A DNA stretch of 64,000 nucleotides from Camelus dromedarius (lineage: Eukaryota): NCBI RefSeq assembly GCF_036321535.1, contig NC_087437.1, forward strand, positions 16,990,001-17,054,000, given 5' to 3'. The notes under the pieces are model-generated. The model was not told the origin of the DNA, did no database searches, and saw only the letters and a list, made by a program, of their open reading frames with translations. A program made the translations under genes and the position numbers. The stretch's first letter is position 1; every line of letters begins with the position of its first letter. This document shows, in pieces, positions 15,680 through 30,339 of the stretch.

Positions 15680-17260
15680 CCTGAAGATGAACTTCCAATA
15701 ACCAAGCCTCAGCACTCCCTGCCCTTCTTTAATTTCAAAGATTCACAATGCACTAGGGGAAGGAGACAAGAGAACAGGCAGCTGCAATAGGATGTAAGGA
15801 GTGCTATGTTGGAAAGCCTAACCAAGAGTCAAAGGTAGTCACAGAAGGGTTCCCAAAGGGACATGTAAGCGGAGTTCTAAACAACAACTAAAAATGACCG
15901 ACCTGTAAGGAAAGGTGTTTCAGAGGGCACAGAATGTTCAAAAGCCTGGCGGTGCTTTTGAGAGACTGTTAGTTCACTATAGCTGGCGTATAAATAGAGG
16001 GAAGAGTGGTGAGAGAAAAGCGGAAGAGTAAAAAAGGATCCATTTCTACTAAAAGGGAAGACTTTAAAATGCCATGTTAAATCATTTGGCCATTATCCTG
16101 ATGAAAATAAGGAACTACTGAATAAGGATTTTTATCAGGAAAGTGCTCAAATTTAAAGAATCATATTCTAGGCAGAAGGGAGAATGATGTAGAATAGGGA
16201 GACTAGTTAATAGTAAAAAAAACCTGCTGAGGGCTTATTATATAGCAAATACTATGTTCTAAGGGCCATAAATTTAAGTCTCACAATCATGCTATGAAGT
16301 AAGTGGTGATATGCCTATTTTACAGATGAGGAAACTGAAGTTCAGAGAACATACAGATTCTAAGAGACAGGGTAAGGATCCAAAACTAGGGTTATTTGAC
16401 TCTGAAGCCCATACTCCTAATCATTATACTTCTGCACATATGAACAAAAGCCAAAGACATAATCTAAGATGAGGGCCTGAAAATAAAATACTGGCAGTAA
16501 AGATATAAACAGAGTGAAAAGAAATTTAAGCAGCAGAATGGACAGAATTCAGGAACTAATCAGAACAGGGGATGCTGATGTTAATCCTAAATTTCCAGGT
16601 AATTGCCAACTAGATGGATTATAGTATAAGTCATGGAAACAGTTAACATAGAAACAAATGCTAAGGTGACACCTTTAGAGATGATTGTCTGAGAACCCTG
16701 AAAGATATCCAATTGGAGATGTCTAGTAGGCAGCTGGATGAGTTCAAAGTCCATGGAAAAGAATTTGAGCAAGAATAGAGATTTAGGAGTCCGAGGCATT
16801 TAGATGGCAACAGAAGCAATGGAAGTAGATGAGATTATTCAAGAAGAACATGTAAAGAAGGCTGACAAAAGTATCCTGGGGAACACCAATATTTAACAGA
16901 TGGATGAGAAAGAAAATCATATGAGGAAATAGAAATGGTCTGAAAAGTAGAAATAAAACCAGAATATGGCATCCCACAGGTAATGAAACAAAGTATTTTA
17001 AAATGAAGGGAATAGTTTAACAATGACAAGTGCCACTAAGACAAAAGACAAGATAAGGATTAGAAAGTATTCCAAGGATAAAGCAACCGAGGTTGAGAGA
17101 AATCTTGGGGAGAACACTTTCAACAGAATTAAAAGGTCTAAAGTCAAACTGCAATGGGTTGAAAGGAAGATAAGGAAGACGGCAACTCTTTCAAAAAAGT
17201 TTGTAAAGAGTCAGAGAAAAATAGGATGGCTGCTAGAGAGGTCTTCTGGGGTGTTTGTTG
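15680..17260 (-). mobile_element. L2 fragments with an embedded MIR (~16230-16430)
   Basis: Purine-rich antisense L2 text (ggagatgtctagtaggcagctggat...agatttaggagtc); MIR core cctattttacagatgaggaaactgaag. Confidence 0.65.
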
Positions 17261-18269
17261 ATCTTTTTAATAGAAAATATTGGAGAATGCTGAATAAATA
17301 ACTGAAAGAAAAACAAAATGCAGGGCATACTACTAACTAGCTATGTGATCTTAGAGAAATTATTTTATATCTCAGGATTGCAGATTTTAAAAATCTATAG
17401 ACAAGAGGGTTGAACTATGTGTTCTCTGAGATTCTATGGCATTCTATGATTCTGTTGAATTAATCCTAGGCACTCAAATGAGAACACAGAGGTGCTACCT
17501 GGTAAACGTCATATTCAAAGGATGAATGTTCACTGTTCCACTGTCAGTACCTAGAACAGTGCTTGGCACAGAGTAGGTTTTCAGCAAATATTTGTTGAAT
17601 GAAATCTAAGTATAACATAATACAGATGACACCACAATCCTAGGGACAAATATGTAATGTGTTCATTTTATCAAACAATAAATAGAGTCAAAAAGTGATG
17701 CTAGGAGTTTATTAATGTTCCTTTATTACCTTAAACTTCAGGTTTGTGTGCAATAAGAAGCAGTCTAGGGAATCAGCTATCTCTGGAATTGGAGGCAAGA
17801 TTCCTTTAAAGGTCAATCATAAAATAAATGTGTCTCATGTAAAATGATTACTTGCCAACTCATCTGAAGAGCTGCAAATTTAACATCACAACTAAGTAAG
17901 GAACCTACTGATGAGCAATCAGCAGTAGCATTTTAGGAAGAAAGTGGAAATGGGAAGCAACCAAGGAAATAGAAGCTAAAGGCCTTCTTTAGCACTAGTT
18001 TAGCCTAGATTTGGATGCAACTTAAATACTGAGTGCTCAAGAAAGTTAATTTAATTGGAATTAGTTAGATTTCACTGAGAAAAATATAAATACCAATAGG
18101 TTTAGGTAAATAGGCACAGATACTATATATTTAACAGCATTAGCTAATCTCATCTGGTAAATCCCTTTGAACAGCTGGAAATAGAATTTAGGTTCTTTTG
18201 GCTTTCAGAATATAGTACTTTATTCATCCTACAAACTACATTCTGCTGGCATCTTCTGCTACATAAAGT

Positions 18270-18490
18270 TACTATGGCACTTACTGTGTACTAGGAACTA
18301 ATCTAAGCTTTTCATATATTAACTCAACTAATCCTCTCAACTGTGATGGGTACTGATATTATCACTCCCATTTTATACATGAAGAAACAGGCACAGAAAT
18401 GTTAAATGCAGGCAAAGACACAGCTAGCAAGTGAAGGAGTAAATTAACCAGAGCAGTTTGCCTAGAATCTGTGCTCCTAATCATTTTGCT
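18270..18490 (-). mobile_element. MIR SINE
   Basis: gcacttactgtgtactagg...cccattttatacatgaagaaacaggcacagaaatgttaa. Confidence 0.65.
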
Positions 18491-19168
18491 ATGACTCTAT
18501 AATGTGAAAAAAATAACATATTGAAGAAATTGGCAGCATTATGGAGGTAAGAAATTTGAAACTGAAATTACCCAAATATATTTATATATAAACAAAAATG
18601 CCAGTCAACTCAAAACACTGAAAAAGAAAAACCAAAGAACAAGGTATGCTAATTATTCTAAACTGCAATTTTAAGAAATTAGAATGTATAGACAGTGCCT
18701 CTAACACTTTGAACACAATGAAATTCTACTTAAATAGATTCTTTCTAGCTAGAGTACCTGAATTACAGGGATGCAAACTGAAGGCAAAGAGTAAAGAGTA
18801 ATCTCCTCTCTCAGTCATATAAGGTATATAAAGACTAAGTATACGATGCTTCATTTCAAATGCTTTTTCCTAAATGAAACTAGTATTTCCTCTTATTTTC
18901 AGAAAGCAGCTTGGCATAAAGAGCACTTTTTCCTAAAGTAGTTGTGGAAAGGAACTCGAATGGGTAGGTGGTAAGATTACACGGAGATTTAAATTATACT
19001 ATCTTGGTTATATTCTTTTGTATCCATTTTGCAAGCTGTTTCACTAGCTCAACTTTATTTTTTGCTTCCCTGTAGATCTAGCGAAATCAAGAATTAGAAG
19101 AATGAAAATTGACACGCTCAAATGTGAAAGATCTAACATAGTTTTAGTTTTTCAGTGATCTATTGACC

Positions 19169-19209
19169 AAAAAAAAAAAAAAAAAAAAAAAGAGAGAGAG
19201 AGAGAGAGA
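19169..19209. repeat. Poly(A) followed by (GA)n microsatellite
   Basis: About 23 A followed by about 9 GA units. Confidence 0.95.
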
Positions 19210-19871
19210 AATTTCTCTTAATGAGTTATAAGACGATATTTTAAAAATATATCCTGGTCAGCAAAATCTCAACAGTGAAGACCCCAAATAAGGCTGCCAC
19301 AATTAAGATGGTGAATTTATCATGTTAGCTATATTAGTTTTCTTGAAGGTACAAAGGCTCAGACTTGACCTACCCTAACATCTTGGGAAGAAAAACAGAT
19401 CCTAAATGTAGATTGCTACAATTATAGTCAGTGAGGAAAGAGAAGACTTTAATCCCTTAACATACAAAACACGTGCAGATTTTAAATGGGTGATTCCTTT
19501 TCATTTTTATGTGTCTAGAGGAAGACTAAATTTAACTGTCCTTTTATCCACAACTATGAAATTAAGATAATAATTAGATAATAATTAAGATAACATCCAG
19601 AAACTGCACCCATGAGAAACCTACTAGTAAATACATAAGATTAGTTCAACATTATTTGACAAATATGTATTTTCAGAATAGGCAGAAATAAAACAGAATA
19701 AAGTTGTAAGATAAGGCCCTATATCAGGTCAAACATCTTAGAAAACAAAAATAAAGCCTGTTAAGAATTTATCAATTTTTATGACAAAAAAGGGGCACAA
19801 AACTAAACTAGTTACCAGAATGGGCAAATAGGGTTACTGACAAACAAGACCAAGGGGTTATCTTATTAGGT

Positions 19872-20094
19872 CAGGGGCTGGCAAACTTTTTGTGTAAAGG
19901 GTTGGATAGTAAATATTTTAGGCTTTGTGGGTCATAATGTCTCTGTTCCAACTACTTAACTTTGCCACTGGAGCAAGAAAGCAGCCATAGTCAGTACATA
20001 AATGAATGAGTATTGCTGTGTTCCATTAAAACTTTATTTACAAAAACAGATGTCAGGCCAGATTTGGCCCATGTGCTGTAGTTTGTCCAGTCTG
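19872..20094 (+). mobile_element. MER58A-like hAT-Charlie MITE
   Basis: Starts caggggctggcaaactttt...gtaaagggttggatagtaaatattttaggctttgtgg; ends ggccagatttggcccatgtgctgtagtttgtccagtctg; decayed 8-bp TSD tattaggt/tattggac. Confidence 0.85.
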
Positions 20095-23000
20095 TATTGG
20101 ACTATAAAGCTCTTTGGAGGCATAAACTGTATTATGCTTATCTGTACTTAGCATAATCACTGATATATAATGTGGCTCATAAAGTTAGCTTTCAGCCCAA
20201 ATAAGTCATTATCCATATTAAATATGATAGAAACAGATGTAACTAAACTCATTGACTTGGGACACATCAGTGAGCCAGAGAAAAAGCCTCACCCTACATA
20301 AACCTTATACGTTTGAAATTGCTTTCTTGTATGAATAACTGCTATTAGGTTCTCTTTTGAGGGTAAGGAGAGAGTGTGCCACTTTTGTAAACACACAACA
20401 AAATAACTATTGGATATTTAAACCCCAAATGTAATACTTAGTTTTCAGTGTTGTTGCCGTTCCTGGAGATCTGAATCCCCACCTGCTGACTCCTGCCACT
20501 GCCTCAAAGGCTAATCCACTTACGATCCATGAACTCTTATGATGCCTACTGTAGTTCCAAAATATCTTCTAATTTTCCTTTCCTGTGATGTATAAAGATG
20601 AAAGAAGCTAAAGGAGGGGTCGGAGGAACAGGGGAAAAGTAGTGACTGTTAGGACCAAAGTGAGAAACCTGAATTTCCAAATTTTCCAAAACACAGATGG
20701 AGGACAAAATCTACCCTGCTGTATTTGAAACCTACACTAGATATTGAGCATGTTTACATACTCCCATAGGCTTATATAATAATTCATTTAGTATCAATTC
20801 TTGGTTTTGGCAGGGGAGAAGTTAAGAAAGCACAGACTAGGACTGCAATTTAATGTTATCAAAGCAGTTATTGTTTACTGAAACATTTCTTTCTATTTAA
20901 TCTTCCCAAAAACCTTAGCCAGCAGTGAATACCACATATTCAAAAACTAAAGTTCAGATGTGAATTAACTTGCATACCTTTGTCACAGGGGTCAGGAATG
21001 GAGCCAAAATTCAAACTTGGAATTAATTCCAAAGACCATGCTCCAACACAAAAAATGCTGGAAACATGTCCTATTTATAAACCGGGAGTTTCTTATATAT
21101 AAAGCTTGGGTCAACAACAAGAAGTCATTTAAATATCTAGTAATTATAGAATGGCCACTGAAAAAAAATTTTCAAAATAAAAAACCTATTGTGGAAAGGA
21201 AAAGGCATTACTTTGTCACTCAGGAGATATTAAATAGAATAAAACACTTACTTCTTTTCTATTCAAATAAATGGCCTGAAAGGAAAGTAAACTTTTTTTT
21301 ATCATTAATTAAAAAAACTCCTCCAATCTTTGTACTAAAAAGTGGGGAGTGTTGTGTTTTGTTTAAATATTCTTAATGTTGCTTTAGGTCTCTAATAAAT
21401 TCAGTTAAAACAGAATTTTACATTATAATAATTGTTATTTAGATCTTCTTAGTCCTGGCCCATTACTTAGATCATGAGGTAATTTAAGGAGTTAGAGTAT
21501 TTATAAATCAGGTACTTTAAAGACCAATGTTCCTATGTAAGTAAAAACAGCATCCAACTGGACAGGCTAGCGAAACTGAGAAAGCCTCCTGCTGTCCTAC
21601 AAGGGGTGGGAAGGTATTCCTTATCAGAAAGCAAGCTCCAAAAGTAGAAGCCCAGGAACAGGGCTGCAAACACAGCATGGAATTCTTAATGGAATGCTGG
21701 AATCATGACTTGAAAGTCCTCGTCTAAGTTGAACATACTTTCTTCTGATTTCCAGACATTTTTAGAATGTTAGACTTGGATAAAATTTTGGACAAGTTCA
21801 GAATTCAGTATAAACAGCCATCTACTACTTAAGTATTCTAGATTTTTTAAAAAAGAGAACATTCTGAGAGCTGAACAAGAAATGGATATAAAAACAAGAC
21901 CTGGATCATTCTCTCTTAACTTTCCTAGACCAGCCAGTCAAGCATGCACTTGAGACAGGACATAGTATTAATAGGAACAAAGCTACCAAAGAATGACTCT
22001 GAAAGCATGGACCAATCAAAAGGAAAGGCTTAAAACTAACTAGACAGTTATTAAGGATAGAATTATCAAGAAATAAAAGGTAGGGGAAAAGATCTGGAAA
22101 AGAATGAAGCAAATCAAAATGGTTATGCACTACTAAAATTTTATTCCTACAGGGATAGATATTATTTCCCACTTCTGGCCCCATTCCCTCCCACCTCAAA
22201 GCAGTTAATTCTGCAGATGGTTATAGATGTAGGTACTATCTATATTTCATTATTGTAGGAATTTGGGCCAAGGACTTGAGTGAGCTATCTCTTTCTTATT
22301 CATTGCTATTCTAAAGGGCTGGGAAGGGAAGAGGAAGGGAAGAGGTCTAGAAAGCAGCTTGTAGATTTTCATACATTTAAGCCTATTTCTAGTACACTTC
22401 TACGAATATATGTTTGTATGAAGAACAGCAAGGTTAAACATGTCTCCTATGGGGCTTGGCCACCATCAGCTCCATCTTCACCCTAACTTCTCCGTCCCCG
22501 TTTGCTTGGAGGTAAACAAGTTGGAATTTGCAGAGGAGAATCTTCAGTCAAGAGGATAATGAAGGAACAAATTTTGCAGTAAATATGTTATACACCTCAA
22601 TAATAATTTGACTCGTAGATATCTGAGGGATGTTGGCTTTCTTTAATTTAAAGACTTAGGAATAGGGCCTGGGTCCAGAATGCAGGGATGTTTACCCTAG
22701 GCTATTCCTACTGCTGTCTAGAATAGAAACGTGCAGTGGAAGGCAGAGAGCACTACAAATATAAGACTGCAGAAAGTAGGACAGCTCCTCCCAGGAGAAA
22801 AAAAAATTTAGGATAAATTCTAGATCCCCATGCCAAAAAAGGCAACAGGGGCATTATCTTAGCCCTAACTCTTATTTACCTGGCTCTTTAAAAGTCTTTG
22901 TATATGTCCAGAAGGAGCTGAAGGAAGAAGGATGTTTTCTGCTACAGAGAAGAGAAACTGAAGTCAGCTTCTACAGGACCAGCACTAGGGGGCACTGGAG

Positions 23001-23289
23001 CAAAGTATACTGAGCATGACCTGTGAGACTGCCAAAGAGCTTCAACTCTGGACATTAGGGGAACAGAGGAAATACCCATTGGTGAAACCCAGTACACTTC
23101 CATTTTAAATAAAGATCTAATCCTATTCTTGATACAGTCTTCTCATTTACTTCATTTTACAAAATAGTGTTCACTGTTGAGTTAAATTATAACTTGAATT
23201 TAAACTTTAAATATAACTACCATTCATATTTCCCTGAAAGACAGAGTTCATGATAATAGAGAAGAAAAATAAATAAACTTTAGAAAATA

Positions 23290-23730
23290 CTCTTGGAAGA
23301 GCAATTTGACAGTAAGTATTAAGCCTTAAAAGCCTTTGACCCAGCAATTCCATTTCTAAGATGAAACAATGTAAAACACAAATAAGCTTTTAAACCAGAG
23401 TGTCTATCACAGCATTAATTTTATTAGTTAAAATGTTTAAACCACTTAAATATCCAATAGAGGAGTGAGGTAACATAAATTATGGTATAGCTACACTATG
23501 GACTACCATGCACACATTAAAAATACTATTTATAAACATTTAATAAATGAAAAGTTATTAATTGATGAGGGGATACAAAATTGTAAATACATCATGATCT
23601 CAATAAGACTCAAAAATACCTAAGAAAAAGTACTAAAAGAAAATATATCAAAATATTAACAGTGGATATCCACAGATGGGAGGATTCGTAAATTTTACTT
23701 TACTTATATAGTTTTTCAAATGAACATGTA
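23290..23730 (+). mobile_element. Old L1 (L1ME-like) 3' fragment
   Basis: gcctttgacccagcaattccatttctaag...aaattatggtatagctacactatggactac. Confidence 0.6.
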
Positions 23731-24389
23731 CTCAAGAGAGCTCAAATTTATGAAAACCATTCTACCTTATATTTTATACCAAAAACTAATAAGCATAATT
23801 TATTCATTAAAAATGTAAGTGACCTCTTCAGAGATTTAAATGAGTTTCTATAAATGTAACAATGAGTAGAGAAAAACAGATAGTAGTCAGCTGGCCAGCT
23901 TCCTCACTAGATAAATAGTTCATTCCATATTAATATAATTATTTAACAAAAAAATTAATTCATGTAATAAGACTTTGAAGTTGTCTCTATGTAATCAATA
24001 CTACAAGTGTTAAATATATAGACCCCAAGGGTCTGTTGTATTACATTTAAATTAAAAGGAAACAAATTAAAGGGAAAAAAAAAAAAGGATAGAGAATTTT
24101 AGGTGCACCATTACCAAAGTCCTCCATATACTTTGTGTAACCCACTGGCATTACAAACTGAGCCATTTAAAATCACAGTAACTTCCCATTTAGATACCTC
24201 TAGGGATGAAAGAAAACTGCCATGTGACATAACTTTTGCATACACAACTGATAACAGATATTGGTAGTTTGTGTTCAATAAGAAGTCAACCAATATGTTT
24301 TCAGAAAATTTGTTAAAAAAAAAACTACAACAGAACTGTCTAAAAGTAGTTGTATTAAAAGCTTAATAAGATTTTAAAGAGTGATAACA

Positions 24390-24570
24390 AAAAGACTATT
24401 AGACTGAGATTCAAAAGACCTGTGCTGTAAGTCTGTGACTTTAGACAAGTCCCAATTTTTTAAAGTATTAGGTCTCTTATCTGTAAAATGGGAATAACAA
24501 CATCTACCTTACAGGATTATTAAGAAGATTAAATTAGAACATTTATATTCAAGTGATTAACAAAATGTAA
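24390..24570 (+). mobile_element. MIR SINE
   Basis: ctgtgactttagacaagtc...ctcttatctgtaaaatgggaataacaacatctaccttacaggattatt. Confidence 0.7.
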
Positions 24571-27500
24571 AACGTCAACAAGGCAAAAACAGCAATGTTC
24601 CCATCTAGGCCTTATCTTAAACAAACAGGTTTCATCAAATTATTTCCAAATTCTCTTATGGCTCCAATATTGCATTTATAAACAACAGAATAATATTGCT
24701 ACAGCAAATAAGATACAGAACACACTAAGCATCTTTCTAGTATTCACCCAAGTCCAACAACTTCGTGAGTTATATGTGATAAACCAAAACCTAACATAAG
24801 GGTGGAGAATCAAACTATTTTTGTACCAGTAGTTTTTAAATATTAATTTTTGTGATAGTAGTATCACTGTTAAGTATCAACAAGAAAAACAAAGCCTCAG
24901 ATAGTAACAAAAGGTATAAAGCAAAAAGTAAATTTCTCCCCTTCTTACACCTGCCCCAAAAGAATTTCTATTTCCCAGAGATAACCACTATTAAGATTCT
25001 TGTGTATCTATCCAAACATTTTCAGTATAGCAGTTATTAGCCCTAGCATAGTTTGCAGAATTCTAGAGAGCTAGACAAAAATGGCCCAATATAACTTTTA
25101 ATTTCATAAAAAGTAATCAGACACAGACAAGTGATTTTTCACTTGTTATTACTATCTGGAAATCACTTTACAATTGATAAAATGCTTTGATATAAATTTA
25201 TCTGTTTTAAAATTACATAAGTGACTTGCCTCAAGATTAGTTACACAACAAGTTAATGATGTGGCTGAGAGTATAGTTAGGAAGTTGATACCGTATATGA
25301 AATGCGATAATGATAATGTAATCTATATACATGTACAAAGCTTATGTACGTGGCTCTTAAATTTTCAGAGATATCTTACACTGTATAGGGAGGATTACAA
25401 AATGTGGCAAATCCCAATCTTGTAATTATTATAAATGAGAGTCACTAAAATAATTGTTTTAAAAGGAGGAATATTAGCAACCAAAGATTAGTTTTTAAAG
25501 TTTTTATACCTGTTATGAAGATTCATGTTTTTCATCACTTTGAAAGAAACATTTTTAAACTCTAGACACAACTGATACATGATTACTGAATATACTTTGG
25601 ATTAAAAAAATTACCAAAATTACTAAGTGAGAAGAAATAACCTGAGAGACACTTAAATAAGGGGAATTTCACATGTGATATAAATGCACACAAAACTATA
25701 AACAGAAATCAACTGAACAATAAATAATAAATCATCTAAAATATACTGTGGTATTCTTTCTGGCATAAAGAAAATCAGTGCTGGCCACAAAATCTGCATT
25801 GCCACTGTGGTAATGACAACTACAAAATCTGTAGTATGATTAATGACAAAAATGAAGTTATCTTTTATTAGGAGAATGTGTCAGATAAAAATTAAACCGA
25901 AAGGCAAGGAATCTCAAAATAATTGTTGTAACAGGATTAAAAAATAGAAAGTATCTAAAGAAGTAGGTCCAAGAATAGAGATTCTCACTCTAACCATGGA
26001 ACATGATTGTAAAAGGACAAAATTTAAATTAAACTTAATGGAATAATTAACCACTAATCATGCTAAAGTTTTAGGCCAGTATATATCCCAAATTTACTAA
26101 AATCCAAGGATCAACATTCAGCTAAAATACAAATAACTCAGATAACCAAAATGATCTCAGTGGGAAAAAACAGCATAAAAATCAACCAGGTGAAAAAATC
26201 AGAATAAAAGTAATTGTGTACAATGTATAAACTCTTGCTTTCAAATTTTAACTGACATATTCAATCTCATTTAATCTTACCATATCAAAGAACATTTCAA
26301 AAACTGTGAAAATGTAATATAGTTTTAAAGTGGGTTTTGTTACCAATGAAAAGTTAACTTTGATTTTTGCTTTTCAAGATGAAACTGTCAATAAAATAGA
26401 AAAAACCAGGAAGTTAACCAATCAATAATATTACCTTCCTTCTAACTGAAGATGAACAAAACCGCCAATTATTTCCAAAAGCAGAGAAATCCTCAAACTA
26501 CTTCTCAGCAGGAACAAGAAGAAAAAAAGTCTTTCTCTGAAAAAGACTGCTCCATATCAAGTAGTTGGTTCTATATGGAAATGTATTATTAACTTCCTTT
26601 ACTGGTTAAGTAGCTGCTATTTATTTAGATGAGGATATTTAAATATCATAGTATTTTTATTTGGTTCTTTATTAAGTGTTTGCTTTTTACTCATATGTTC
26701 AAGCCTCTTTGAATTCATAAAACAATTGAAACATATTTTATATTTCTCAGATAATTCCAATCATAAAATATTTTTAAAAAATCTGATTCTCTTCATGGTT
26801 TTATTCATTGTTTCTAGTTTTCTTTTTGGTTTTTCACCATCAGCTCATTTTTCTTAAAACTTTGTGGAAATTCTTTGAGGCAAGTCCCTTCAGAAAGGAT
26901 TTATATTGGATTCTGTTAGGGGCTTAAGGATACCACCAATCAAAATCTTATTCTGTTTTTCTGTTTGTTTTTTTTTTTCCTCCAATGGACCACAGAAATA
27001 GTATGAATTTAGGATGGAAACCTAAATGAAAGTTAGCTCATGGTTATAAACTTTCGTTTCGCACCTTCTCTCCTTTAATTAATGGCAAATTTTAAGATAC
27101 ATTGTTTTGATAGTTTTGCTTATATTCCCCGATGAATGGAACTGGTATAGGTTTATTACTAATTTACCCTTATGCTGAGGGTAGCTCTTTAGGATCCCAA
27201 CTTTATCAGGGAGATGTGCTACTTATTAGACATTCCACCTTGGAAGGGCCTTGGGGTTTGTCTAGATTAGAAAATATCCTCAAGGTTAAGTGGGCTTCCG
27301 TACTCTGCTTAACTCTCTTGGATCCTTATTTCACTTAACCTCTAGTTTGTATTCTCCTTTTTGTTTAGCAGGGTAATTAAAATTTTTTTAAAAAAAATTT
27401 TATCTAACAATGTAAGTTGTTTTTAAAAAGAGTATTGTTTAGTTTGGGCCCCAAGGTACCATAATGCCAGAACTGAAAGCTACATACTGTTGTCTTTCAA

Positions 27501-27762
27501 TATTACTCTCCTTTTTATACAGTATCACCTACAGAGCTGTTTCAACTAGTTATTTCTTATAAGAATTTAAACTCTGTGTATACATACAACTCTGTGTCTA
27601 TTGCCTGAAAAACTGTTTATCTTCCAAAGAAGTAAAAAATACTTACTCATAGGATAAAACAAGAATTGAGAACAATTATTATATATTTTATTAAAAATTA
27701 TAGTTTATAATAACTGATAAAATGTTATTAAATAATGAATTAAACAAGATTATTTTATTTTA

Positions 27763-27897
<135 letters not shown>

Positions 27898-30339
27898 TCA
27901 AACAAATGAGACATAATTTACGTTTGCATAATATTAAGAGAACAATATTTATCATAGCTTTTATCTTACAATAAGGTTTCAAGTCCAAATTTTTGCAGAA
28001 TTAATGAAAACATATAAAATATTTAGTTAAAAAAAGATAAATCAACATATCAATCTAGAGAATAAAGATATAATGTATCTTGATAAATATAAAACCAAGT
28101 GATACTATCCTTTAAAGAAAAATGTACTGTAACAAGAATACTTTGCTTAGTCAGATTTTTAAAGGGAGATTGAAGAAATTTTTTTCATAAATTTTATAAC
28201 TAAATAATTGCTTATTTTGTTTTAAAAAAATTTTAATGTGAAATATAACGTGTACAGAGACGCTCATAGAACGTATACAAAATATAATGACTGAAGTACA
28301 TAAAGATAATTCAGTGTCATATATTAGTCTTTGTAGATAAATATAGATATTCTTTGATATGACAGTCAATATTTCAACTTATATTTATAAGGCAATAAAA
28401 AAAGCAAATTCCATCTTCCTCCTCCTTATTAAAACAGTTTAACCTTATGAACCTGTCCTGGAAACTCCACAGGGTCCCCAGAACACATTTTGAGAACCAC
28501 TGCTCTAGGAACAGGACACCTGGGTCATAGATATGTGTCTATTTAACTGTGTAGTAGACAGTACCAAAATTGTCAAAAGCGGCTATATCTTGACAGTTCC
28601 TGTAATGGCTCCATGTTTTCACCAACAATTGATCTTATCAGATGTTTTAAATCTGGTGATTTTATTATGTATAAGCAGTTTCTTACTGTGGTATTAAGTT
28701 ACATTTCTCTGATTACCAATGGAAATGAGTTATTACCAATTTTCATTTTTTATTGGGACTGAATTCCTATTTTATGAAATGTTTATCCCTTTTTTCAGAA
28801 AGACAAATAGCAGAATTCAGGCAACTAAAGTTGATTAAGAATCATAATATAAAAGAAAATTTCATTTTGGATAAGTCTTTTACCATATTTTTGTTTAAAT
28901 ACATGGTACATTTTTATTGCAATAAAGCATATCTGATAATATGATATTCCCTTATTACAGTGTCTATCATTTCCCCCACTTGATAAACTAAAAACCATTA
29001 AGAATGAATATATGTAGAGAATAAATCAAAAGAGAAATCAGTAAGTGAAATAGTACAGGAAGTAGAATTTTAGCTGGTTTTACTTTAAAAGTTTCAGGTT
29101 TCAGGTCAGGTAAGTAAAAGATACTGCCAATGAGCCTACTCAGCATTAAAAATAACTCATTAGAATTAGAAGGATGAGTGGTGCTGCTTTTCATGCAACA
29201 CTAATGAGATGATGTCAGAGTTTCATTAAACGTAATAATTAAATGATTGATTCATGTCAGAATGCAAGAAACAAGACTACTGAAACACCATCAAGTTATG
29301 AACATTAATACTAAAGAAACTGTCTTACTATACTTAGAAAATGCTCAATATGGTACACCTCTGGTCCTGAACACCTTTTGATAACCTTTAATTTATAAAA
29401 GGATATACACTGGTAAAGTGGTTTGTGTGGAAGAAAAATATTTAAAAATTTTTTATTGAATTTGAAACAACTTGCATTATTTAATTACTAAAAAAGTGCC
29501 ATGCAAATTAACATTAATTGATGAGAAATTAAGATTAAAAAAAGTAATATTGAAGATTTGCTTGGTTTTGGTTATATCAATCTGAATCATCACAAATATC
29601 ATTTCCTCTCCTTCTACATTTTTTTGACCTATATGCTAGGAATTATTTAAAGGGTGTTCCAAATTTTTGCACAAGTTTCCTAAGAAGTGGTTATGAGAGA
29701 AGAGAGATACTTGGTCACTTCAATACCTATTTCTAATAGAATATCCCCATTTTAATTTTCAATATATTGGTATTCATCATAAGTTCACTCTAAATGGGCT
29801 CCACTGCATTATTTTAAAATAAAAAGCTCACTCTCAATGACTGGGAAGCACTTTGCTTCCTCACAGGTATAATTATTTAACAATACAGCTGATGACACTT
29901 CAAAAGAAAATTCAGAAGCCTTCCTTCCAGGCTTTACATCAGTCATATTGATTTTATCCTCCATGCTAGTGATGTTATCCTCATTTGTCCAAAAGTCATT
30001 AATTTAGCAACTTCATCTTTCTGTAGTACTGACAAAACAAGCACAAGCAATAAAAACTGAAAAAGCCAAAAGAGATTATTCTAACCTATGAGTACCACAG
30101 TCCTTCTGCCTTTTCTTGATTAACATTGCTTTGACCCTGGAGAGGATCTTCAAATAATACTAAGTATTGGTCTGATGACTAAGAATTTCTTCCAACCTTA
30201 TTCCTCTGACCTTGTGTTTCTATAAGGTAATGATGTTCCTGGAAAGACACAGTAATGTGGAATAAAAAGTAGTTAAGAAGCAGGACTGCCTTCTCCATCT
30301 TCTCCTCCCCTATCTGCCAAAAATGGGTCCCTGAATGAC

